Notes: generated by a model not told the origin, from the letters alone. Numbered from the whole stretch's first letter, positions 40,780 to 54,197 are shown. The stretch: 60,966 bases of DNA, filler included, from Platydemus manokwari (GCA_037951405.1; 6 parts of 6 records of this genome joined end to end with filler, not necessarily neighbours in it); one strand, 5' to 3'. Program-made: numbers and translations.

Positions 40780-43242
40780 AAAACAATGTCAAATACCGAA
40801 TTCAATGTTAGAATATTTAGAGAAATATATGTTTATAATCTAGGTGACTTATCTATATTTTATTGACAGTTTACATTTCATTTGTATTGTATCTATCCTG
40901 AAAAATCAATTTATTTACCTGATTTGTATTTTGTGACAATACAGCTAGGAAATTATGAATTAGCAAGTTCACTTATTATATTCTAAATTATATTATATTT
41001 ATATCATGTCAGTCATTTATATTATCTATTTATATCATTTATTTTCCTGATATTATTTGCGCATCATAGCAATGAATGGTTATATCTGTGATTCCCAAAC
41101 TTTTCATGCGTGCCAGCCCTTTTCAGAATAAATATAACTTAGAGCCCCCAAACTAAGCTCACAAGCAGTATCATTAAGTGAGCGATTACATATACTTCAA
41201 AAAAATTAGTGAGAACGTACAGTACGCTGCTTAAAGACAAATTAAGCGTTTTGAGCAAGCGAGTTACATTTAATAATCATTTTCTTACATTCTTATAGTA
41301 TTATCGCCCCCAAATGAGCTTGTAAAGTGTATTCGTCATTATAAGCGATTTATGGATAATACTATCGAGAGCAATTACGTGTATGTACTTCCAAGAATTA
41401 CCTGGTAACAGATGACAATATTTAAGGTACACGGTATTTTCTAATATTTGAATTAAGTCTGCTGGATAATTCGGTAAGGAAACCCCAATAACTAAAATAA
41501 ATTTATTCATAATTTGTTGTCGTCTAAAAGCGATTTGAAATATGATATTAAAGAAATTGGCACGTCAAAATCGCCTAAATATTCATTATTTAGAATCTGC
41601 TTATAAGATGACAAATTACAATTTATTGTAAATTAGTGATGACCTCTTTTAACATCACAAGAGACACTATATTTTTACAGAAATAATCAAGATTGTTATT
41701 AGACATATCAGGGGTTTTCTAAGTAAATTTACAATGAAAAAATTTAAAACCTCTTAAAATCATGTTGGAATGCTGAGGCTTACATAGCAACTTTGTTTGA
41801 CAATTATTTTTTGCTTCTATTCGAACTCATATAATGCGAACAATTAACTAAACTATGTAAATGAATTAACCTTCACAAAATGATAAAAGAATGTCAAAAC
41901 TAAGCCAAAGATCAAAAGAATTTATTGCTATACAAAATTTGATAATTTCTTAATGCCTTCTTTCTATTTTAAAGTTGATGTGTGACAATCTTAGAGAGAT
42001 TATTGTGATAATGGAAGAATCCCGATCAAACACTCTGAAGATTTATTGAAGATCTTATAAATTATTTTCTAAACTTAGGTTTTCAGTATGGCAATGTGAA
42101 TCATTCTAATTACTTTGTGAGACGTTTATTCAAAAACATTAAATCGACATTAAATTGTGATTACTGGTTTTCTGATTAAATTTAGCTGTTTTTATCATTT
42201 TGCATTTTAAAATTGAATTTTAAGCCGAAATATGATAAAAATATAAATTTACATAAATTTTGAAATTCAATACAACTCGGAAAATCATTACATTAGAATT
42301 AGGTCAAATGACCATTTTTCTTAACTTGATTAGGATTATAAAATAATATTTAAATTATGCAACTAATAATTTTTACACACAGGCATTTTTCATCAGCATT
42401 TAAATTATATTTATATTTATATTATTGAAGAAAAGTCATTTTTTCAAATAAAGTAGAAATTTTATTCTCTAAATATGGTATAGGTATATAATTTATTGTT
42501 TACCCAATATATATGAGATTGAATAATGGGATATTGTATTCCAAATATTAAATGGTAACAAATTCTATCATTGATGTTTTCATAAAATCAAATGAGTTAT
42601 TGTTGCTTTATTTATTCACAAATATTTATTGAACAATGATAGTGGTTTAATGTCGAACTGAATACTGGCTATTTACTACAAATAAACAATTTTAACATTA
42701 TTAACAATTGTTACTTATTCAGGTTGCAATGAATTGGGAAATTATGAAATAATCGAATGGCTTACATAAAATTAAATAGTTTATATTTAAATTAGAAAAT
42801 TAATGATGGTCATAATAAATAACAACCAATATTATTGTTAGTTATACCCAGAATTATTGACAAAATTCAAATTTTATTACTTATATTATCGTTCAATATG
42901 GTTGCTTTGAGGAGATACGGTTTTAGATATAATTCTTGAAAACAAATGTTTTAAATTTAATTAAATACGAAGAATTTTATTTCGAAAGAATATATCTATA
43001 ATATCACTTGTTAGCTGGTAGATTTTGGATTAAGCACGAGATCAAATAGATTTAATAAATTCAGTCCAAAAATCCTTTCAACTAAGTATTCAAACAGAAC
43101 ATATTACTAATTTAAAATCATTTCACCAAAAGTTTTCACAGCAACCATGTTGAAAAAATTAAGTGACTTTAGAGGACATCGAATTTTTGTTGGATTTTGA
43201 TTTTTTATCAACATATAATAATTGTAACAAATTTTTCATATA

Positions 43243-43314
43243 CAGTAAACCCCGCTTATTAGAATCACGGATAATGTTATCAATCGGATATTGTTATCAT
43301 TTTTGTCAAGGACG
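43243..43314 (+). mobile_element. End of a pogo/Tigger-like DNA transposon or MITE (cut by contig end)
   Basis: TA followed by CAGTAAACCCCGCTTAT, with subterminal repeats CGGATAATGTTATCA / CGGATATTGTTATCA. Matches the TA-CAGT TIR pattern of pogo-like elements. Confidence 0.6.
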
Positions 43315-43414
43315 NNNNNNNNNNNNNNNNNNNNNNNNNNNNNNNNNNNNNNNNNNNNTTAATTAATTAANNNNNNNNNNNNNNNNNNNNNNNNNNNNNN
43401 NNNNNNNNNNNNNN
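43315..43414. other. Artificial contig spacer
   Basis: Same construct; flanked by a transposon end and an (ATT)n run, typical assembly breakpoints. Confidence 0.98.
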
Positions 43415-43419
43415 TATTA

Positions 43420-43490
<71 letters not shown>
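43415..43490. repeat. (ATT)n microsatellite
   Basis: Directly visible at the contig start. Confidence 0.95.
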
Positions 43491-44599
43491 TGTACTGCTT
43501 AGTCGAACGAAAACGTGTTAATCGTGAAGTAAAATACAAATCAAGCCTAACGGGAAGCCAGAATTTAAAAAATCCTGTGAAATTTAAAAAGCATAAATGT
43601 TATTCCAATCAACTTTCTTTAAGATCTTCACTAGTGTATCGATAATTGTTAAAGGAGACTTGATAATCAAAACGATACTCAATTCAACCGACCAACATAC
43701 TCACTTCATGGAGTATCCGTACCAATAACAACTTGCGCTTCATTTGAAATCATTTTTTTGCTGGGTCCAATCGAAAAGTAATGCCAAACGAAGAAAATGC
43801 CGAAAGAAGATAACCAATGGAGTATTTTTAATAATAAATATGGAAAAATAAACTGAAATTATTTTTTGGATATTCTTTCACTCGCATAAATATTTGAGGA
43901 TAATAATTTGGAGAATGATAAAATATCGTACTTCAATTCGAAACAAATCCTTATTGTCATTCTTATCATTCTCCGATTACACAACAACATATTCATATTA
44001 TCGAGCATTTCTTCATTAAACGAATTGATAAATATTGGAGTTAACCGTATTTTCAAAGTTTACTCTCCGGTTATTTAGATGGTGTTGTAAATGCATCTGA
44101 ATATTTTCGGATGAATAATTCTCAAGGAATTCAACGATAGCAGCTTGTTACAGGTGTTATTTCGTTTTCTGTTATCAGTATGAAGTTAAGTTCTGAGGCT
44201 ATCATTTTTGTACGTTATTCAAGAATGGTGTTTCATGCGAGAAAGATATTTATACAGGGGATATGAATTAGGAAATGATTGAAAAAATATTGGAGAATAT
44301 TGATAGGAGAGCAGTTGTAAGCTATTCAATTGTCAGGTTGCAGACAATATTTGATTGTGAATTATATAAATGAAAGGAATCAAATAAAATTTGTTACACT
44401 AAATAAGTCGATTACTACTCGAATTCTGTTAATCAAAAATACGTCATGAAATCCGATAGTTGCTTGTTCGATATTGGTCTAAATATAATATAAATAAATT
44501 AATATTTGGGTTTCTATGAAATAAAAACGTTCTGACTTCATCCTTCTGACTACAATAAAATAAATATGAAAATACATTAGATGTAATTACTATGATTAG

Positions 44600-45580
44600 A
44601 AGAAATAATTAGTCTTTGAGACCATATCTTGAAATTAAAAAAAAGAATTTTCGTATCTCCTTAAGTACACCGCCAACGTAGTCGAAATAACAAAAAAATA
44701 AAATAAAAATGTTTCAAAATCAAGAAAAATATGATGTTTATAAAATATATGAATATGCGATATCATGTGGTAATATAGGTTGACGTAATCTCTGTTATTT
44801 AAATGATAGCAAAATTATGAAGACAAAAGTAAATTTGATATATTTTTTTAATGAGAAATTAATGTGATGAAAAATAAATAAATAAATATTATAAATAAAT
44901 ATAATAAATAAATAAATTCAGTCAATGAAAAATATAAAATTTATTAATTAGAAGAAGTAATTATATTAAATTGGATAAATAAATAATAAATCTAATAAAT
45001 AAAAATATAAATATAAATATTTGGTACTATTGGTACATTTATTATTACTATTCGTACTGATAAACAAATAATTTATTAATTTTGATTGTTTAAAATCGTC
45101 ATTTAAACCCTGATATTTTGAAATCTTGTTTAACAAATTCGGCATTCGATTATTTTTTGACAGGATTTATTCATCGAATTTTTAATTTATCAAATTTAAC
45201 ACAATTATTGTTTTTATCGAACATATTCAATATTTTTATTTATATTTTTATAAAATTATATAATAATTATTTTTTTCATTTAATAATATTACTTTTATTT
45301 ATGTATTCATTATATTTGTTAACAATATTTTTTATTTTTGAATTAATTTATTTATTTTATAATCAGATTAAATTTTTTTATTGAAAAATATATCAAATTA
45401 ATTTTTTTTATTCATAATTTTGCTATCATTTAAATAACAGAAATTACATCAACTTATATTATCACATGATATCATATATTCACATGTTTTATAAACATCA
45501 TATTTTACTTTATTTACATCCTAGGAAATAGAAAATAGTTTTTTAATTTCACTGTCTTGTCGCAAAGACTGACTATCATT
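44600..45580. repeat. Large imperfect inverted repeat (foldback-like)
   Basis: 44726-44821 matches the reverse complement of 45411-45506 at 88/96, with weaker similarity on both sides. The A-rich left half mirrors the T-rich right half. Confidence 0.88.
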
Positions 45581-47631
45581 TCTTTTTATATGCTGGAAAA
45601 GTTTTCTGAGGTTCAACTAATAATAACTTGTATGGACTTCATTGGATCATTTTCTGATTCATTTCATTTACGAAATAATGACATCCAAGGAGACATAATA
45701 AATAAAAGGAAACAAATAAGTTCTTGACTCATCTGGTAGTAATTAATTTTCAGATTTATTTTTATATCAATACGTCCTTTCAACAGAATTATATCTCATG
45801 GGGGTAATTTACCTCGAGATTTTTGGTATTCAGATAATCTTCGTATTTCATGGTTTTAATTTTATGAATTTGGAACGTTCTGGTTATGTTTCGTTCAATG
45901 TAGCCATTTGGTCATGAATAATACACAGTAATTAATTCAAACTATCTAGATCCCTTTGTGGAAAACGAATTGAAAAGTTATATATCTACACCAATTAATC
46001 TACACAAAATAATATGCAGAAAAATTGATCCCAGAAATAGAAACAAACTAAACAAGCAAAAATCCCAAAAATTGACTCAATAGATAAAATATAATTAAAA
46101 GTTACATAATAAGTCTCATACCACTTATATAAAGTCTATCATTAGAAATGATAATACATATAAAAGTACCCACAGTTATCAAAGAATAATTCTTACCATA
46201 TACAATAAAAAAATAGGAGAAATTAAACAAAAAACGGAAAAAATCAATATATGAAACTCAGGATGACTAAAAAATCAAAGATTATGTTGAGACAAAAATG
46301 TATCACAATTAACACCAGGATCAAAAAGAAGTTTTTAGGTGAAGATCAACAATCCATCTTGTTAATTCTCCTCCAAAAACCGATAAAGCAAACAACAACA
46401 AAAATAGACCACACTAACAAAGAAACGTTAACTAATACCAACTTATTCAACAAATTAACAAGTGTTGTAATACATTTCTAGCTCCTCAAATTGGTCTAAC
46501 CCCAGTAATAGTCAAATCCATACCCGCACCACTATTAAAAGGATCAGAAATGAGAAGCATATATAAAGTTCAACCTGTGCTATAAAAGTAATCAGATTTT
46601 GGTTACGGGAGACAAGTCTAGTTTGGAGTAACATTTTGAAATTCATGTGTAAAAGTACACTGCTTTTGGCTACTAAAGAAGAGATTACGAATTAGAGTTG
46701 TGGAATTAGAGTCCCTATTGGCTCTTTATTAGAAAAAGACGTGGCGGCATGGATTGTAAATTAATTATAGATAAATTATAAGAGAATAGATATTTTTTTA
46801 AATTCCTTTATTGAATGTTAATAATATATATATACGCCAAACCTGAAGTACATTGTAAAAGAACTTGATATGAATACATCATCAGATATGGACGATAAAC
46901 ATAATTATCAAACAGAGTTGATCTATATTGTGATCTATTAGAATTATAAAAGTACGAACATTATTTAGACTTGAAATCTAGAATCCTATTTAATTCTAAG
47001 ATAGAAATCGCTGATAAACCAATCAATCCTTGTAAAATATTCATGATAATCATTGCATGATATCTTGGGTTCTATATTAGAACAATGGAAAACGTTAATT
47101 TACTATTTTTAGTGCATAAAGAATCGTAATAATCTTTTTCTCGATAATAAATTTTATGAATACTTTTAGAATTTCAGGAAAAACAATTTATTTATGATTG
47201 GTTAGTTCTGAACTCAAATAACCTAAACGACAGCACCAAACTGGAATGTAACTTAACCAATTACATATAGCTTGTAAGTATAAAAAATTGTTTACAAGTC
47301 TGTAGTACAACTTCAATGATAAATCAAGTTTCCCTGGTTATTTTAATAACACTTTCAGTCAACCACAATCAAGTTAAAAATCTTTATTCTTCAAATTTTA
47401 TTGAAGTCTTTCGAATTATTATTTTACAGATTATAGGAAGAGTTTGTAATTTGTGACGCAGTACAATATTTCATATTTTGTTAAAAATAGGTCATCTAAA
47501 AGAAACTCATTTAGTTTACTGATGTCATAATAGTAGCTAATGTAAATCTATTAAGATATTTGCAGAAATAATCATAAAGTTCGATTTCAACCGGCAGGTT
47601 GCGCAATGGCTGACAACAGTGTTGTAAAGGC

Positions 47632-47990
47632 TTTAATTTTTAAATTAAAAAGTTTAATAATTACCGCTTTATTTAATATCGCTAAAATAATTTTAATTTT
47701 AAATTTAAAAGTTTAACATCGTTTTCTTTATTATCAGTAAAAACGTTTTAAATTTAAATTTAATATTATTCAAAGAATTAATTTTTTAATTTAAAAGTTT
47801 AACATCGGTTTGATTAATATTATTACAAAAGTTAATTTTTAAATTTAAAATTTTAACATCGCTCTGTTTAATATCGCTACAAAAAATTTAATTTTAAATT
47901 TATAACTTTAATATCAATTGTTTAAAAATTACTAAAGAAATTTAATTTTAAAAATTTAATTTAATAATAAAATTTAATATTACTAAGAAA
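47632..47990. repeat. Degenerate AT-rich minisatellite (~55-bp unit, ~6 copies)
   Basis: Recurrent TTAATTTTAAATTTAAAAGTTTAACATCG...TTAATATCGCTA. Confidence 0.75.
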
Positions 47991-47997
47991 ACTTAAT

Positions 47998-48590
47998 GGC
48001 TAAAGTTAAAAATGGTCCAAAATGATATTTTAAATTTGTTGAGTGTATTGCAAAATTTTATCTAGTTTATTTAAATATATTTTTTAAAAAGATTTTGAAT
48101 TTTTTATTGAAGTACTTAAGAAGAATTTTAGTTGTTAGAAATCAAATATTAAATACATTAGAACTTCAAAGTCTCATAAAATTTGATTATTGGAAAAATG
48201 AAATAAGTAGGTCTAATAGCAACTTATTAAAAATTAACGAGGGCCCCTAATTTTAACATTAGAAGCAAATTGAGGGATATTCTCAATTTTTACAATTATT
48301 TTATAAAAATAACCAACGATATTATTAAACATGTCTGTAATTAACTAACTCGATTTATAATTATAAAAATTTAAATTTAAAATCTCAAATAATCATATAG
48401 AAGTGTTGTGATTAAATTGGTAACCTGGTTTTAAAACTATGTTTTGTCACTATTCGACATCCTAAAAATGAGATATTAACTGAATTATACAAATAAATCA
48501 AACATAAAATTAAGTTATAAAATTATATGAAGCGCGAAAATTCATTATAACAAAGTAGGTCAAAGGACCATTTTTCTTTACTTAAGCTAT
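47998..48590 (+). pseudogene. Decayed copy of an unidentified gene or repeat family (others at 53105-53917 minus and ~42290-42330 plus)
   Basis: 47998-48220 aligns with the reverse complement of 53690-53917. Shared TTTTGTC.CT.TTCGACATCCTAA and GTCAAA.GAC...TTTTCTT.ACTT blocks. Confidence 0.6.
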
Positions 48591-49384
48591 TTATTCTGAT
48601 ATAAATTTGAATTTGAAAATAAAAAAATAATTCAAACAATCTCAAATAATTAAAACAACCACAAGTAACAACATAAACTAAAATTCTAATCTTATTTTCA
48701 AATAAATTACTTGACAGCAAACCACTTTCTAATATAGGCTTACAAAGTTTTATATGATGTGAAAATGAAACACTAAATAAACAAAATTGCCTCGAGGAAT
48801 AAAATATCAATCACAGATATTATCTATTAAATCCGGATTCCGTAGTTTCAGTATTATAATCTCAATTATTGATTCACTTCAACGAAATTCTATTGAATGA
48901 TGATAAATTAGATTAACCATGAATACGTTCAAGTTAATATTGAAATTTCAGTGATTCGCTTTCTCAATTGATTTCTGTTCATAATAATATGAAGATTCAG
49001 TTCTTTGTCATGGACCACATTGTCTCAAATTTAATGTAAAACGATGATACAAATTTTTCCTGATTGATTTCATTTCAAATTTTTGTGGCTTAATGTAAAG
49101 ATTTATGGAAAATTACGTTCCAAATTTTAATCTAATATTAGAATTTCTAAGCCCACAAATTTTGATGATCTTTATCTATAGGCTCGGCTTCACTCCAACT
49201 AGTATGGCCATTGAGTTGTACGGTTTGAGCGTTAAGTTGATTTTAAAATTATTATTGATACTCCTAACCCGATTAACAAATCGTTGGTCAATCGAAAGAG
49301 AAAATAAACTTTATAAATACATAAAGTCTTGTCCGATAAAAAATAATATTTATTTAATCAATAAAAACAATATGTTTCTTAATA

Positions 49385-51695
49385 TTAAGAAAAATTTTCA
49401 CGAATACTTTCAAATAGAAAACTCTTGATTCCTACCATTTGATCTTCAACAATAATATCTACAAAACTCAAGTACAAAATACAAGTACTTTTATTCAGAA
49501 TCACTGGATAATCCTTCAATAAATTCCAGGAAAGTTTGGTAAGATTTTTCAAACTTCCAAAGCAATCGTAAAAATGTTTAAAGAAAGACAAGTGTCTTAA
49601 ATGAGCTGATGGGTTTCAATGATATTATAAACGTTTAACGGAATTCATTATTGATTTTATAAAGGATTGGTTTTCAATATAAACCTAGGTTTTACAAATA
49701 AATTGTGTGTTACGATAAATGAATAAGGTAAAATTTTAATTAATAATTATAATAATATAATTCACCGTTTTTTGAAAATAATTTTTCACCGTAAAATTGG
49801 GTTTATTATTCTCTTTATAAATATTTGCCTTACACTCCAATTTCTTTGACATGGCCATATTTTTATCACTCAGTCTGTACAAATTTCAGTTAATTCATGA
49901 AGATTTTTATAACGAATTACGAACAAACCTTTTCGTTTCCTTTTCGATTTTCTCCAAATCTTCATGAAGTTGAGATAATTTTAATTTTCGATTTTTCTTT
50001 TCGTTTTCTCGAGTCTGTAATAATCGACCGCAGTTAGAGAGAGCCTGTCAAAGAAAGATTTAAGGAAAATATAATTACATCTCGTCAATTAACACTGATA
50101 ATTGCAATGACAATCAATGTCGATGATTCTGACAACAATTATTTTTGGGAATTTTCCAATATTAATCAGCTAATTTAAACTTCGACAACAACAAACACTC
50201 GATCGGTAGATAAGAAACATTTTAGTAAGATAATTTCATCAATTTCTAATAACAGTTAATGTCATCAGAAGCCCAACAAAATCGAATCATTTCTAACGGT
50301 ATCTGAAAATCTTTTGAAGTTGAGAAGTCGATTAAAAATATTTTATTTAAAATGTCTTTCAATAAAATTTTGAAAAGAAAACCAAAAATTAACATAATTA
50401 TGAAAGAAAATGTTTATTTTTAACAAATTATTCCAGACAATCTGTCTCGTTTTAATGATAGGTTTTATAATTGATAATTATTTAATAGTTCCACGAATGC
50501 GTCATAATAATTAATTTCACACACCAATAACTCCCAAATAGAGAACATCAACTAATCCAAATGATCTCCCGATTCTACATTTCTTTTCAAAAACAAATCG
50601 TTAGTAGTTTAAACATTGAAACATATGATGTGTATGGGAACATTTATAATATCTATTAAATGATCCTCAAATTAGATATTCTTAATTAATCAATATCTGC
50701 TGAGTAATTAGGTGAATTCGAATGTTGGAAGATAAATAAATTATTCAGTAGATTTTTTATTATTTTTAGAAATTCTTTATTCTTAAAATATCCATAAAAT
50801 CTAAAAATATTCTTGTCGATACTAATTATGATTATCAAACGTAGCACTCGCATTTATTCATTTATTATACGTGCTCGATGAAACCTGTTTTTAATAGCAT
50901 AATAATGGCTAAAAGAAAATTCAAAGGCACTGTATCAAACATGATATTTAAATTTCCTTCTTAAGTTTGTTAGTATTCAATTAAAAAATTGATCTGTGTT
51001 GTGTTGATCAACACAAAATAAGATTATCAAATCAAAAGCAATAGAAATACAAGATAATCTATGATGAAGATGATAAAAGTTTGAATCCATGATTAAAAGA
51101 GTCGGTGGAATTAGTGAGCTAAATTTTCATTTTGACTGCATCGATTCGAATAACATTAGTGATGCATATTCATGAAGGATTTCTTAGAAATCTTTGTTTT
51201 AATCAACGGAAATTTTTATCAGAACAATATCGATTTATTATAAAATTTTATTTTGATATCGCTGGTCGAGTAATTGTTAAGCAAATAAATTTATCTGTTT
51301 TCATCCTCAAAGCTAATGTAACCGAACATTTTATCTGAACTAAACACAAACGAGTTTACTCAACAATAAAAATGATGATGGAAATGAAGGAAACTGTATT
51401 CATTCAATTAGAATGCTTAATTTCGATAAACGAAATATTTTTAAATATCTTTTTTATCTGATGGAAAAAGAAAAAATTACTTTTTCTATTGTCTCTTTCA
51501 TAACTATGGATGGATTTTTAGAAGGCTTAACAAAGCCAAATTCGGTATTTGTGGCTTTCGTTAAGACTGGTGGTTTCTGATCTTGAACAGCGTCATTCAG
51601 TAGCGAATCACCTTTTCCTGCTAACTTTATCTCATTTCTGATCATTTTACTAACCTTCTGATCGCATTTATAACTTGATGTACTTTTCAGGTCGT
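49385..51695 (-). CDS. Putative multi-exon coiled-coil protein gene (incomplete model, possibly a pseudogene)
   Basis: Exons 50044-49929, 49874-49766 and from 49684 splice in frame through GT-AG introns (ALSNCGRLLQTRENEKKNRKLKLSQLHEDLEKIEKETKRLSDKNMAMSKKLECK...). A further exon-like segment lies at 51695-51481. I could not build the linking exons. Confidence 0.45.
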
Positions 51696-52149
51696 CTAAA
51701 TTGGTTGAAAATATTGATAGCTTGAAATTTTTGAAAACCAAATTATTTATGATGCTATTAGTTTCAATTTAATCTTTTTTATAATAATAACAAAATAATA
51801 ATGCAGTGAATTGCCAGATATTAATATGTATAAATATCTGGATCATTAGACCACTTAACCATAACATTTTAATGATTAATATGCCTGGAATAGCATAGAG
51901 GTTGTAGTGAATATCTTTTAATAACTGACTTAAATTGACACTGTGATAGAAAGAAATCTAAATACAATAGATAAATGGTCTAACGTTATTTTAGATATTT
52001 TTTTCAAAATCTTCATTGTAAATAACCTAGCATTATTTTTAGAATTTTTCGATAGTCCAATCGAATTTTAACTACCCTAAAATTCCATAGATAAGAGCGG
52101 TTCATAGATAAGAGCGCTTTGTCTAGAAAATGAAAATTAACGTTTGTAT

Positions 52150-52249
52150 NNNNNNNNNNNNNNNNNNNNNNNNNNNNNNNNNNNNNNNNNNNNTTAATTA
52201 ATTAANNNNNNNNNNNNNNNNNNNNNNNNNNNNNNNNNNNNNNNNNNNN
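52150..52249. other. Artificial contig spacer
   Basis: Same construct; it truncates a mariner transposase. Confidence 0.98.
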
Positions 52250-52389
52250 TGTGTTTTCGCAAGAGCATGTTTGCCATACAATTTCACGAGTAAACGATGA
52301 CTTTCGGCTGCAGTTTTCTTTGCAAATAAGTGACTCAGCAAAACTTCTCGCAAATGCTGTTTTTTTCGCCAATTTTCAAAATTCTCCAT
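52250..52389 (-). mobile_element. Mariner (Mos1/mauritiana-like) transposase N-terminal HTH fragment
   Basis: KQHLREVLLSHLFAKKTAAESHRLLVKLYGKHAL resembles the Mos1 N-terminus (R.VL...F..KKTAAESHR.LV..G). Cut by the spacer. Confidence 0.88.
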
Positions 52390-53104
52390 CTTTTGTAAGT
52401 TTGTAGAGATACTGGCGATAGAAATACATGAATAACTTGAAGCGACCATTTTGACACCAATTATAAAATTCACCAATTAGTAATTGAACGACATCGATTT
52501 TCCGAAAAATTTGTTTAAATCCAATTACTCCATCTTGAAGAGTTTTGTGAATGGCTGATTTCGAATATGAATGACCTGAAGAATATTCGAATCGTATTGC
52601 ATTGATTCTGTCAAGACTATTTAAATATTTGACTTATTCAATGTTGGATACTTCTTGTGGAAAAGTTATTTTATTTATGAGTTCATTGGCTTGATCATAC
52701 CAATTATCATCCAATTAATTTCTTAAAAGTCAAATTATTAATGTATATATTCTTTATTTAGTAATTCCAAATTTTAGCAATTTCAAAAATAGATTTTATT
52801 TAAACATTTTTTATCATTTTCCTGGAAATTCGGAAATCTTTGCGTTAAAATTCTGAAAGAAATAACTAAAACGAATATTAACAATTCAAAAATAAATTTT
52901 GCCGGGAATTTAATTTTAAAATTTTTAACATAAATCATTGTTGTGTTCAAATGAAAAACAATTATTATAACCATTGTCAAAATTTAAAATACACTAGGTA
53001 CTCTTTTGTAAGCTAGACATCTCACAACTTCAATATAAAATCTTTCAATATTCGGTACGACCCCAATATTCAAATATTCTTATTATAACGAATTTAAAAA
53101 AGCT

Positions 53105-53917
53105 GATAAGTTAAGAAAACTTGTCCTTTGACTTAATTCCTTTACGATGGATTTTCTAGTATGATTTAATTTTTCTAGAATTTCATGCGAACATTTATTT
53201 TGATCAGAAATTTTAATTTTAGATCAAAATTTTGAGTTAATTATTATTTGTTGCTATGGTTTTATGGATAGGTGAAGTATTTTGAATGCTTAACAGTGCT
53301 AAGTTTGCAAAGTATTTATAAAAAATTCATTAAAACGTGCAGATGTTTGATCCGGCTTTACCCATCTTTAATTAAATATTAACCAACGCATTTAAAATTA
53401 TTTTTATCCTCTACTTTTTACCACATGGATTGTTACAGTTGGGTTTTGACTTGAAATCAAAAAGCAGTGGGCAGATTTTATGTTATAAAAATTATTTAAA
53501 ATCTTAAGTTTTAATTTCATCATTTTGTGAGGGTTGACTTATTTGTTGAGTTCATTTGATAACATACTTCTTAGGATGTCGAAAAGCGACAAAACAAGTT
53601 CTTATTTTAATCACAATACATCTTATATTTTTTTGATTTTATAATTTATAATTACAAATAAAATTAATTAGCTCATGACATTTTAAATATTGCAATCTGA
53701 CCTACTTTGACCCGTTTTTCAAATAATCTATTTTTAGAATATTTTAAAGCTCTACTTTATTTAATATTTGATTTCAAAAAACTAAAATTCTTATTTCCTA
53801 CTTAAATAAAAAATTCAAAGTTTTTAAAGAATATAATTAAATAAACTATATAAATTTTTGCAATACACTTAACAAATTTAAAGTTTTATTATAGAAGCCA
53901 TTTTTTACCATTAGCCT
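53105..53917 (-). pseudogene. Decayed copy of the same family as 47998-48590
   Basis: Colinear nucleotide similarity; no open frame. Confidence 0.6.
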
Positions 53918-54128
53918 TACATCACAAGAAAAAGGTATTTGAATAATATATTGATATTTTTTCATGTAAAAAGTACTTGAAAAGATAAATAATGAATGAG
54001 ATTTATTAAAAAGCGTTACAAATTTTCTTTAAACAAAGAAAATTTAACTGAATAATTTCAATTGAAAGAAAAAAGCGAAATAATGTTTAAGTGACGTTCA
54101 TTTGAAGTAAAAGATGAAAGAGAAAATT

Positions 54129-54197
54129 TGCCAGTGGTAGGATTCGAACCTACCAAGACATATTACGGTGGATCTTATGTTCACTGTTCTCACCATT
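54129..54197 (-). pseudogene. tRNA-Leu(TAA) pseudogene, 5'-truncated
   Basis: Minus strand: GTGAA-CA-TAA-GA-TCCAC anticodon arm (one mismatch), long variable arm, perfect T arm GTAGG-TTCGAAT-CCTAC, 3' acceptor CACTGGC-A. The matching 5' acceptor strand is absent. Confidence 0.8.

Noticed and set aside
42301-42314. AGGTCA-aa-TGACC nuclear-receptor-like inverted repeat
   Set aside because: Non-canonical spacing. It is not palindromic in the two paralogous copies and is better explained as decayed coding sequence.
47632-47990. Repeat array as possible CRISPR
   Set aside because: Degenerate AT-rich tandem units without unique spacers, no cas genes, and a eukaryotic context.
52085-52116. Tandem CATAGATAAGAGCG x2
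   Set aside because: Probably a transposon subterminal repeat at a contig end; too short to classify.
47998-53917. Apparent 6-kb element with long terminal inverted repeats (47998-48220 / 53690-53917) enclosing a mariner fragment
   Set aside because: The arms lie on different contigs separated by an artificial spacer, so their orientation and distance are arbitrary. A third copy also exists.
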